DNA from: an uncultured delta proteobacterium
GTDB lineage: Bacteria; Myxococcota; Myxococcia; Myxococcales; Anaeromyxobacteraceae
Direction: 5' to 3'
Assembly (NCBI GenBank): GCA_963845515.1
Contig: CAWJSR010000035.1
Span: 57,236 to 121,235 of the forward strand
Length of the DNA: 64,000 bases
This document shows, piece by piece, positions 13,131 to 20,399 of this stretch. Every line of letters starts with the position of its first letter. Position 1 is the stretch's first letter. A program made the position numbers and the translations under genes. The notes beneath the pieces are model-generated. The model worked only from the letters and a program-made list of their open reading frames with translations, had not been told where the DNA came from and made no database searches.

Positions 13131-14429
13131 CTACCCCCCGCTCAACCTGAGGGGCACCTCGACGTGAAACACGTCCCCCTGGAACTTGGGGAAGACCATG
13201 AGCCGCGCCGCCGCCTTGAGGCACTCGCCCAGGTCGGTGCGGTTGAGGGTCACGTCGTCGAGCGTCGGGTAGGTGACGAAGCCGTTGGGGTTGACGTTCA
13301 GGCGCAGCGCGACCGTCCGCCCGTCGAACTTGGTGTCGGTGCCCTTGCGGGCCGCCTGCTCGATGCATGACTCGAAGGCGCGCCGGCTCCCGTTGACCAC
13401 CTTCTGGACGGCCGGCGGAGAGAGGGCCGACGCGGCGTCGGGCAGCTCCACGGGCTTCGCGCTGGCGACGGGCTTGGGCTCGGGCTTCGGCTCGGGCTTG
13501 GGAGGAGGAGGCGGTGGTGGTGGTGGGGGGGGAGGCTTTGGCTTCGGCTCGACCCTGGCGACCTCGACCCTCTCCTCGCGCCTGCGCTCCTCGCGGCGTG
13601 GCCTGGGCTCCGGCTCCGCCCTGACCGGCTCTGCCTTCTTCGGCTCTGTCTTGGGCTGGGGCGCTGGCGCTGGCGCCGAAGCCGCGACAGGCTCGGGCGG
13701 CGGCAGTGGCTGCGCGGCGGCGATCGGCGGCGGCGCAGGCGGCGCAGCCTTCTTCCCGCTGGTCAGGGCGACGACCACCACGATCCCGACGACCACCGCG
13801 AAGCCGATCCCGATGAGCGCCACTGGAAGGCCGCTCTTCTTCCCGTCGTCGGAGTCGCGGGGAGGCGGCGGTGCGAAGGCGGACGGCGGCGGGACCTCGC
13901 GCCCCGCCGCGTGTGGCGGCTCCGAGGCCTCGGCGCCCGGCGCGTCGAGCTCGGCGCGCATGTCCGCGAACGGGTCGGCGAGGCCGCGCCCCGCGAAGTC
14001 GTCGGGCAGGGAGCCGCGCGCCGCCTTGAGGAAGGGGTCGTCCGCGACGGCGGGAGTCGGCGAGGAAGGCGCCGAGTCGGCGAAGATGTCGACGTAGCCG
14101 CCCTCTGCTGCGGGTGGCTTCGGATCCTCCAGCGACGGAAACATCGAGATCTCGGCGGTCGGCTCCGCAGCGCTGGAGTCCACCTGCGCCGAGGGCGGGT
14201 ACTGGAGCGGCGCCGCGTCGGAGGCGGGCGGCTGGTCGATCTCGACCTCGACCTCCTCCGCTCGCGGCGCAGCAACGGGCGGCGACGGCGCCGCGGCAGG
14301 AACGGCCGGCGGCGTCTTGACCACGATGAGGTGGCCGCATGCCTTGCACTTGAGTTTGTAGACCCGACCGGGTGCGGGGGCTTCTGCGGTGGCGTACTTC
14401 TTACCGCACCGGTCGCAAGAGAATTTCAC
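13131..14429 (-). CDS. Zinc-ribbon + TM + Pro-rich linker + AgmX/PglI-like C-terminal domain protein (myxobacterial GltJ/AgmX-like architecture)
   Basis: N-terminal CDRC...CKAC ribbon, a single TM helix, a poly-Pro linker and a TonB-C-like C-terminus with two Cys. Confidence 0.7.
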   Translation of the reverse strand: MKFSCDRCGKKYATAEAPAPGRVYKLKCKACGHLIVVKTPPAVPAAAPSPPVAAPRAEEVEVEIDQPPASDAAPLQYPPSAQVDSSAAEPTAEISMFPSLEDPKPPAAEGGYVDIFADSAPSSPTPAVADDPFLKAARGSLPDDFAGRGLADPFADMRAELDAPGAEASEPPHAAGREVPPPSAFAPPPPRDSDDGKKSGLPVALIGIGFAVVVGIVVVVALTSGKKAAPPAPPPIAAAQPLPPPEPVAASAPAPAPQPKTEPKKAEPVRAEPEPRPRREERRREERVEVARVEPKPKPPPPPPPPPPPPKPEPKPEPKPVASAKPVELPDAASALSPPAVQKVVNGSRRAFESCIEQAARKGTDTKFDGRTVALRLNVNPNGFVTYPTLDDVTLNRTDLGECLKAAARLMVFPKFQGDVFHVEVPLRLSGG

Positions 14430-14526
14430 GGTGGAATCCTACTTTTAGCCCGGACTCGGGGCAACTATCGGGACTCTGCCTCCGTCCCCCGATCACGGGA
14501 TCTCAGTCGCGCCTGGTCTGGCCCAA

Positions 14527-15903
14527 TCAGGTCTGGTCGGTCACCGAGACCGTCTTCATGTTCAGGAACTCCCGCATGCCGACCGCGGACAGCTCCCGCC
14601 CGTAGCCCGAGCGTTTCACGCCTCCGAAAGGGAGCCTCGGATCCGAGGCCACCATGGAGTTGACGAACGTGGCCCCCGCTTCGATCTCGTCCACGAAGCG
14701 CTGGCGCTCACTTTCGTCCCGGGTCCAGACGGAGGAGCCGAGGCCGAAGGGGGTCTCGTTGGCGATGGAGATGGCCTCCTCGACGTCGCGAACGCGGAAG
14801 AGCAACGCCACGGGGCCGAAGATCTCGTCCTTCGCCGCCGCCGAGCCGCGGGGGACGCCCGCGATGACCGTCGGCGCGAAGAAGAAGCCCTTCCCCGGAA
14901 GCGCCGAGCCACCCGTGAGCAGCGTCCCCCCGGCGGCCGTCGCTGCCGCGACCTGCTGCGACAGCTTCTCGCGCTCGGCGCCGCTCACGATCGGTCCGAC
15001 GTCGGTCGCTGCGTCGAGCGGATCCCCCACCCGCAGCGCCGCCATCCGAGCCACGAAGTCGCGGGTGAAGCGATCGTAGACCTGGTCGTGCACGATGAAG
15101 CGCTTCGCCGAGATGCAGGACTGGCCGTTGTTGATGCACCGTGCGGTCACCGCGGTCCGCGCGGCCGCCTCTACGTCGGCGCTCGGCATCACGATGAACG
15201 GATCCGAACCGCCCAGCTCGAGCACCGTCTTCTTGATCGCCTTACCGGCGGCCGAGGCCACCGCGGCGCCGGCCCACTCGGAGCCGGTGAGCGTCGCGGC
15301 GACCACGCGATCGTCCTCCAGGATCCGCTCCACCCGCGAGGAGCCGACGAGGAGCGTCTGGAACGCGCCCTCCGGGAAGCCGGCGAGCCGGAACACCTCC
15401 TCGATGGCCAGCGCCGACTGCGGCACGTTGGAGGCGTGCTTGAGCAGCCCCACGTTGCCACCGACCAGCGCGGGCGCGGCGAACCGGAAGACCTGCCAGA
15501 AGGGGAAGTTCCAGGGCATCACCGCGAGCACCGGACCGAGCGGGAGCCACCGCACGTAGCTCCTCGTCGCGCTCGACTTCAGCTCCTCGTCGGCGAGGAA
15601 GCGCTCTCCGTTCTCCGCGTAGTAGCGGCAGACCAGCGCGCACTTCTCGACCTCGGAGATGGCGGCCTTCAGCGTCTTCCCCATCTCCAGCGTCATCGTC
15701 CGGCCGAAGCGCTCCTTCTGCGTCTCCAGCACCCCGGCCGCGCGCGCCATCAGCCCCGCGCGCTCGGCGACGGGCAGGCGTCGCCAGGTCCGGAAGCGCT
15801 CGGCGGCAAGCGCGAGCCGCGCCTCCAGCTCGGCGTCGGTCAGTTCATCGAAGCGGGCGAAGGGCTCGCCGGTGGCCGGGTTGACGCTCGACAGGGTGCT
15901 CAT
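14527..15903 (-). CDS. NAD(P)-dependent succinate-semialdehyde dehydrogenase-like aldehyde dehydrogenase
   Basis: MPWNFPFWQ, LTGS, LELGGSD, GQSC, EIFGPV and PFGGVKRSGYGRE. Confidence 0.88.
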   Translation of the reverse strand: MSTLSSVNPATGEPFARFDELTDAELEARLALAAERFRTWRRLPVAERAGLMARAAGVLETQKERFGRTMTLEMGKTLKAAISEVEKCALVCRYYAENGERFLADEELKSSATRSYVRWLPLGPVLAVMPWNFPFWQVFRFAAPALVGGNVGLLKHASNVPQSALAIEEVFRLAGFPEGAFQTLLVGSSRVERILEDDRVVAATLTGSEWAGAAVASAAGKAIKKTVLELGGSDPFIVMPSADVEAAARTAVTARCINNGQSCISAKRFIVHDQVYDRFTRDFVARMAALRVGDPLDAATDVGPIVSGAEREKLSQQVAAATAAGGTLLTGGSALPGKGFFFAPTVIAGVPRGSAAAKDEIFGPVALLFRVRDVEEAISIANETPFGLGSSVWTRDESERQRFVDEIEAGATFVNSMVASDPRLPFGGVKRSGYGRELSAVGMREFLNMKTVSVTDQT

Positions 15904-16019
15904 GTCGCTCCTCCGTGGCTGGGGCGCCGTTGACCCCTCTCAATACCACGCCGCCAACGCCTGCCGGCGAACGGTAGAGCCGTTGTCGAATCGGGACCGG
16001 CCGCCTACTATCCGCGCCC

Positions 16020-16175
16020 GTGAAGCGATCACTGTTCTCCATCGACGCGGGGCTGCCCCCGTCGGGACCCGCACGCTGGGCCGTCCTCGCCTACATGGCA
16101 ATCGGCGGGCTCGTCGCGCTGCTGGTGCCGATCTTCCTGGGCGTGATGCTCTGGTATTACCTCTTCGGGGAGTGA
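16020..16175 (+). CDS. Small 51-aa membrane protein (not in the ORF track)
   Basis: Manual translation: MKRSLFSIDAGLPPSGPARWAVLAYMAIGGLVALLVPIFLGVMLWYYLFGE. Host-like codons, and the stop overlaps the next ATG (TGATG). Confidence 0.6.
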   Translation: MKRSLFSIDAGLPPSGPARWAVLAYMAIGGLVALLVPIFLGVMLWYYLFGE

Positions 16176-16612
16176 TGGAATCGCTCGAACAGCTCCTCGC
16201 CCGTGACGCAGCGTGGAGTCCACCGCGCGCCGAGCTGGAGGCATGGATCGAGGAGGCAGCGCGTCCCGGCGCTCCGCCCGGGCTCCTGCACGAGGCCCGC
16301 TGGTGGCAGGCTCACGAGGCCGCCCTGCGCGCCGACTGGGCGCGCGTCACGGCGCTGGCCGAGGAGGGGCTCGGCGAGCCGTTCTCGGAGCGAGAGGCGA
16401 TCCGGCTCGCGCTCCTGCAGGCGATCTCCGGCAACGTCCACGAGGCCCAGCACGTGCTGGCGCAGGCGATCCAGTGGCAGGGCGGCGAGGACCTCCTCGT
16501 GCGCTTCGCGGAGCTGTGCGCGGCCGAGGGGCTCCCCGAGGCGGCGGAGCGCTTCCGCCTTCTCAGCGGGCGGGGTGCCGGCGGCCGCCCGCCGTCACCG
16601 GCCTCCCGGTGA
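16175..16612 (+). CDS. Hypothetical alpha-helical (TPR-like) protein
   Basis: ATG is coupled to the upstream stop. MESLEQLLARD... has helical-repeat character. Confidence 0.6.
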   Translation: MESLEQLLARDAAWSPPRAELEAWIEEAARPGAPPGLLHEARWWQAHEAALRADWARVTALAEEGLGEPFSEREAIRLALLQAISGNVHEAQHVLAQAIQWQGGEDLLVRFAELCAAEGLPEAAERFRLLSGRGAGGRPPSPASR

Positions 16613-16658
16613 GGGAGAAGCTCCCTGCCGACCTGCGGTGCGGGTCGTCCTCACCGCC

Positions 16659-17342
16659 CTACTCGATCGGCAGCCGCTCGCCCGCCAGGAAGCGATCCAC
16701 GAGCGTGGGCTCGTCGAGGAAGATCCCGGCCATCCCCGACACGTCGCGGCAGCGCGAGTCGACGCCGCGCCCGGCGAGCGCCTGCTGGAGCGCCGCGACC
16801 GCGTCCGTGTAGAGCACCTGCTGCAGCACGTTCATCCGGACCTCGCCCCCGCCGTCGCGCTCCATCCGCTCCCGCAGCGCGCGGCGGCAGTCGGCGGCGT
16901 CGAGCGAGCTCAGGCTGCGGCATGCCAGCGGCCTGACCGGGTGGATGGAGCAGCGCCCGGCGCCGTCCAGGCAAGGGCAGGTCTCGCGCCAGGAGATCCG
17001 GTCCTCGTCCTCCAGCCACCGGACGCGATCGTGGAACGCGAGCAGCGCCCGCGCCCGCTCGGCCCGCTCGGCCTCGGGGAGCCTCTCGGCCAGCCACGCC
17101 GCGGCCACGGCCCCCTCGATCGGCAGGGTGGCGACGTTGACCGTGCAGCAGGCCGCGCAGCCGGGGGCGCAGGCCGGCGCCGGCTGCGCTGCGCCGCGCG
17201 CCGCGTCCAGCTCACGCTCGATGACCTCCGTCACGGCGCGCATCAGCCTGGAGAGGCCGGCGCCGCCGGACGGCCGCGACAGCGTCCCCTCGGCCAGCCG
17301 CTCGACCTCGTGGCGGCAGCGTTCGATTGGCCCATCGGTCAT
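16659..17342 (-). CDS. YkgJ family cysteine-cluster protein
   Basis: CAPGCAACC ... CPCLD..GRCSIHPVRPLACR motif set. Confidence 0.85.
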   Translation of the reverse strand: MTDGPIERCRHEVERLAEGTLSRPSGGAGLSRLMRAVTEVIERELDAARGAAQPAPACAPGCAACCTVNVATLPIEGAVAAAWLAERLPEAERAERARALLAFHDRVRWLEDEDRISWRETCPCLDGAGRCSIHPVRPLACRSLSSLDAADCRRALRERMERDGGGEVRMNVLQQVLYTDAVAALQQALAGRGVDSRCRDVSGMAGIFLDEPTLVDRFLAGERLPIE

Positions 17343-17473
17343 CGTTCCTCCGCGGAGCGCACAGCCGCCCCGGTCATCAGGTCAAGTCCGGACGTGGGCT
17401 GTCAACCTGCCGCGAGCCGGCGCACGCCGCCGCCGTGATTCCGCGACGTTGGCCCCTGCGCGAAACGCGGACG

Positions 17474-17502
17474 TTGACAGCGCGTCCGTGCGGCGCGATA
17501 GG
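17474..17502 (+). promoter_or_regulatory. Putative sigma70 promoter of the cobU-cobT unit
   Basis: TTGACA-17 nt-GATAGG. The same GTTGACA...GCGCGATAG layout recurs at 22281-22309. Confidence 0.6.
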
Positions 17503-17521
17503 AGGCTGACAACACGAACAC

Positions 17522-17697
17522 CACTCGGGTGCCCGCGAGGGCAACCAGGGAAGCCGGTGAGAATCCGGCGCGGTCCCGCCACTGTGAGTGAGGGAGCCGC
17601 CTCCAAGCGCCACTCGGCCCATGTGCCCGGGGAAGGCGGAGGCGGCGTGGGAGGTGAGAGCCTCCCGAACCCACGAGCCAGGAGACCTGCCCGAGTG
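17522..17697 (+). promoter_or_regulatory. Cobalamin (AdoCbl) riboswitch 1
   Basis: Closing helix CACTCGGG/CCCGAGTG; core AGGGAAGCCGGTGAGAATCCGGCGCGGTCCCGCCACTGTGA; GCCACT...GGGAAGG; B12 box GAGCCAGGAGACCTGCC. It lies upstream of cobU. Confidence 0.95.
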
Positions 17698-17712
17698 CGG
17701 AAGAGGATCGGC

Positions 17713-17772
17713 ATGGCTCGAACCTGCCGCTTCCAGGGCGCGGAGATCGCCCTGGGGGCCAAGCGCACATGA
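17713..17772 (+). CDS. Putative 19-aa leader ORF (MARTCRFQGAEIALGAKRT) coupled to cobU
   Basis: SD GAGGA upstream. The stop overlaps the cobU start (ATGA at 17769-17772). It is homologous to the first codons of cbiM at 22525. Confidence 0.6.
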   Translation: MARTCRFQGAEIALGAKRT

Positions 17773-18338
17773 CGTCGTTCCGTCTCGCCCTCGTCGGCGG
17801 TGGCGTCCGCTCCGGCAAGAGCGCCTTCGCCCTCGCGCTCGCCCGGACGCTCGGTCCGCGGCGCGTCTTCGTGGCGACCGCGCAGGCCTGGGACGCCGAG
17901 ATGGCGGCAAGGATCGCCGCGCACCGCGCGGAGCGAGCGACCGGCTTCGAGACCATCGAGGAGCCCTTCGACCCGGCCGCCGCCATCGCGCGCGCGGGGG
18001 ACGCCGACGTCGTCCTCCTCGACTGCCTCACCCTCTGGCTCTCCAACCTGCTCGTCCGCGGCGACTCCGAGGCGGAGATCGGCGACAGGGTCGTGGCGCT
18101 GGCCGACGCGCTGCGCGCGGCCCCGTTCTCGTCGATCGTCGTCACCAACGAGGTCGGCATGGGGATCGTCCCCGAGTCGCCGCTCGGCCGCACCTTCCGC
18201 GACGTCGCGGGGAGGGCCCACCAGGCCTTCGCCTCCCGCGCCGACCGCATCTACTTCGCCATGCTCGGCACCGTCCTCCGGCTCGCTCCTGGGCCGGTCG
18301 CGGTCGAGCGCTTGCCAACCCCCGGAGGACATCCTTGA
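17769..18338 (+). CDS. cobU: Bifunctional adenosylcobinamide kinase / adenosylcobinamide-phosphate guanylyltransferase
   Basis: GGVRSGKS P-loop, LLDCLTLWLSN, VTNEVGMGIVP and FRDVAG. Confidence 0.95.
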   Translation: MTSFRLALVGGGVRSGKSAFALALARTLGPRRVFVATAQAWDAEMAARIAAHRAERATGFETIEEPFDPAAAIARAGDADVVLLDCLTLWLSNLLVRGDSEAEIGDRVVALADALRAAPFSSIVVTNEVGMGIVPESPLGRTFRDVAGRAHQAFASRADRIYFAMLGTVLRLAPGPVAVERLPTPGGHP

Positions 18339-19390
18339 GCCTGCTCCAGACGACCCTCGCCGCCATCCGTGAACCAGACGCAGCAGCCGCCGCCGAGGCG
18401 CAGCGGAAGCTCGACAACAAGACGAAGCCGCTTGGGAGCCTGGGACGGCTCGAGGACGTCGCCCGCGCGGTCGCGGGGATCCGCCGCAGCGCGGCGCCGG
18501 AGCTGCCGGTGAAGGCGATGGTGGTCATGGCGGGCGACCACGGGGTCGCCGAGGAGGGGGTTAGCGCGTTTCCGCAGGAGGTCACGGCCCAGATGGTGCT
18601 CAACTTCGCGGGCGGGGGGGCCGCCATCAACGTCATCTCCCGCCAGGTCGGCGCGCGCCTGATCGTCGTCGACGTCGGCGTCAAGGGGGCCCTGCCGCCG
18701 CTCGAGGGCGTGCGCTCCGCGCGCGTGGCGAATGGGACGCGCAACCTCGCGGTTGGGCCCGCGATGACCCGCGACGAGGCCGTGAAGGCCCTGGAGGTCG
18801 GCATCGCGATCGCCGACGAGCTGGCGCGCGACGGGGTGACGCTCATCGGGCTGGGAGAGATGGGGATCGCCAACTCCACGCCCGCCGTCGCGCTGACCGC
18901 CGCCTGGACGGGTCGGCCGCCGTCCGAGCTGACCGGGCGCGGCACCGGCATCGACGACAAGACCCTCGCCCACAAGGTGTCGGTGATCGAGCGCGCTCTG
19001 CGGGTCAACGCCGGCGCGACGGACCCCATCGACGTGCTGGCCCGGCTGGGTGGGCTCGAGATCGCCGGGCTGGCCGGCGTGGTGCTCGGCGCGGCCGCGC
19101 GATCCATCCCCGTCCTGACCGACGGCGTGATCGCGACCGCCGGAGCGCTGGCCGCCGCGAGGATCTGCCCTGCGGCCGCCGGCGCGATCCTCGCCTCGCA
19201 CAGCTCTGTCGAGGTGGGCCACCGGGTCCAGCTCGAGGCGCTCGGGAAGAAGCCCCTCTTCGACTTCGATCTGCGGCTGGGCGAGGGGACAGGCGCGGCG
19301 CTGGCGATGGGGATCGTGGACGCGAGCATCCGGATCCTCCGCGAGATGGCCAGCTTCGAGGACGCCGGCGTCAGCAACCAGGAGCGCTAG
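18335..19390 (+). CDS. cobT: Nicotinate-nucleotide:dimethylbenzimidazole phosphoribosyltransferase
   Basis: TKPLGSLGRLE, AGDHGV, GEMGIANS, GRGTG and LRLGEGTGA. The TTG start overlaps the cobU stop. Confidence 0.95.
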   Translation: MSLLQTTLAAIREPDAAAAAEAQRKLDNKTKPLGSLGRLEDVARAVAGIRRSAAPELPVKAMVVMAGDHGVAEEGVSAFPQEVTAQMVLNFAGGGAAINVISRQVGARLIVVDVGVKGALPPLEGVRSARVANGTRNLAVGPAMTRDEAVKALEVGIAIADELARDGVTLIGLGEMGIANSTPAVALTAAWTGRPPSELTGRGTGIDDKTLAHKVSVIERALRVNAGATDPIDVLARLGGLEIAGLAGVVLGAAARSIPVLTDGVIATAGALAAARICPAAAGAILASHSSVEVGHRVQLEALGKKPLFDFDLRLGEGTGAALAMGIVDASIRILREMASFEDAGVSNQER

Positions 19391-20184
19391 ATGGCGTCCC
19401 GGTAGCTGCGGTAGCGGAGGACGACGCCCAGCTCCCGGACGATCGCGGATCCGTCCACGCGACGGGAGCCGGGCGGGTCCGGACGATCCCCCGGGCTCCA
19501 GTCGGCTCCCGACCACGCCGCGAGGAGCGCGCGACCGCTCGCGGGCTCCTCGTCGGCGACCGGCCACGCCCCCTCGACGCGGCTCTCGAGCGCCGCGACG
19601 GCGATCGCGGCCAGGTCGTCGACGTGGATCCGCGAGACGACGGCGTCGAGGGATCTCGCGTGCGTGAAGCGCGGCTGCTCGTCCGCGAGCAGCCCCCTCC
19701 CGGGACCGTAGATGGCTGCCGTACGGAGCACTAGCGACGACCAGGGGCCATCGCGCACCGCGCGCTCGGCGTCCAGGTACAGCTCCCCACGCGCCGACGA
19801 GGGGGTGGCGGCAGACGCCGCCTCCACCCTCGCAGCGTCGCCATAGACCACGCTGCTGGAGAGCTGGACCACCCGTACGACGTGGCCGTGCAGCGCGCGG
19901 AGGGCCTCCGCCGTCCGCTCTGCGCCGTCGGCCAGGCGGGCGGGCGGCAGCGCGACGAGGACGCGGAGCCCGACGCGCTCACCCGCGCAGCGCCGGGAGA
20001 GCGCGGCGCGTGAGGCCGCGTCGTCCGCCTCGAAGATGACCGGCTCGGCGCCGGCCTGGGTGACTGCACCCTCCTCCACGGCCTGCCGGACCGTGCCGAG
20101 CACGCGCTCGCCTCGCCCGGCGAGCAGGCGTGCCACGCGCTGGCCGGCGTAGCCACAGCCCAGGATGAGGGTCGTCCTGCCCAT
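19387..20184 (-). CDS. NAD-dependent epimerase/dehydratase (atypical SDR, YeeZ-like)
   Basis: ILGCGYAG, LSSSVVYGD, IYGPGR and SRIHVDDLA. Confidence 0.8.
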   Translation of the reverse strand: MGRTTLILGCGYAGQRVARLLAGRGERVLGTVRQAVEEGAVTQAGAEPVIFEADDAASRAALSRRCAGERVGLRVLVALPPARLADGAERTAEALRALHGHVVRVVQLSSSVVYGDAARVEAASAATPSSARGELYLDAERAVRDGPWSSLVLRTAAIYGPGRGLLADEQPRFTHARSLDAVVSRIHVDDLAAIAVAALESRVEGAWPVADEEPASGRALLAAWSGADWSPGDRPDPPGSRRVDGSAIVRELGVVLRYRSYRDAI

Positions 20185-20399
20185 TCCGCCTCCAGTTGGA
20201 TCGGTCCCCGGCGAGCCTAGGCACGGTGGCGCGAGCCGCTCAAGCGCCCCTGCCGATAGCGCTCGACGTGCCCGACGACGTGCCTGGTGATTCGAGCGGG
20301 GGGGTCTCATGCGCCTGGCAGGCGGGTCGGGTTGAATATTCCAGCCACGCCGGCCGTGTTACGTTCAGAGTTTCCTATCCTTCGCTCGAGAGGACTGTG

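Noticed and set aside
13495..13540. Low-complexity GGA/GGT run as a contingency repeat
   Set aside because: It encodes the poly-Pro linker of the minus-strand gene with mixed codons and is not a pure slippage tract.
17588..18334. 600-aa ORF suggesting an N-terminally extended CobT
   Set aside because: The extension overlaps the riboswitch and cobU in another frame. The real start is the TTG at 18335, coupled to the cobU stop.
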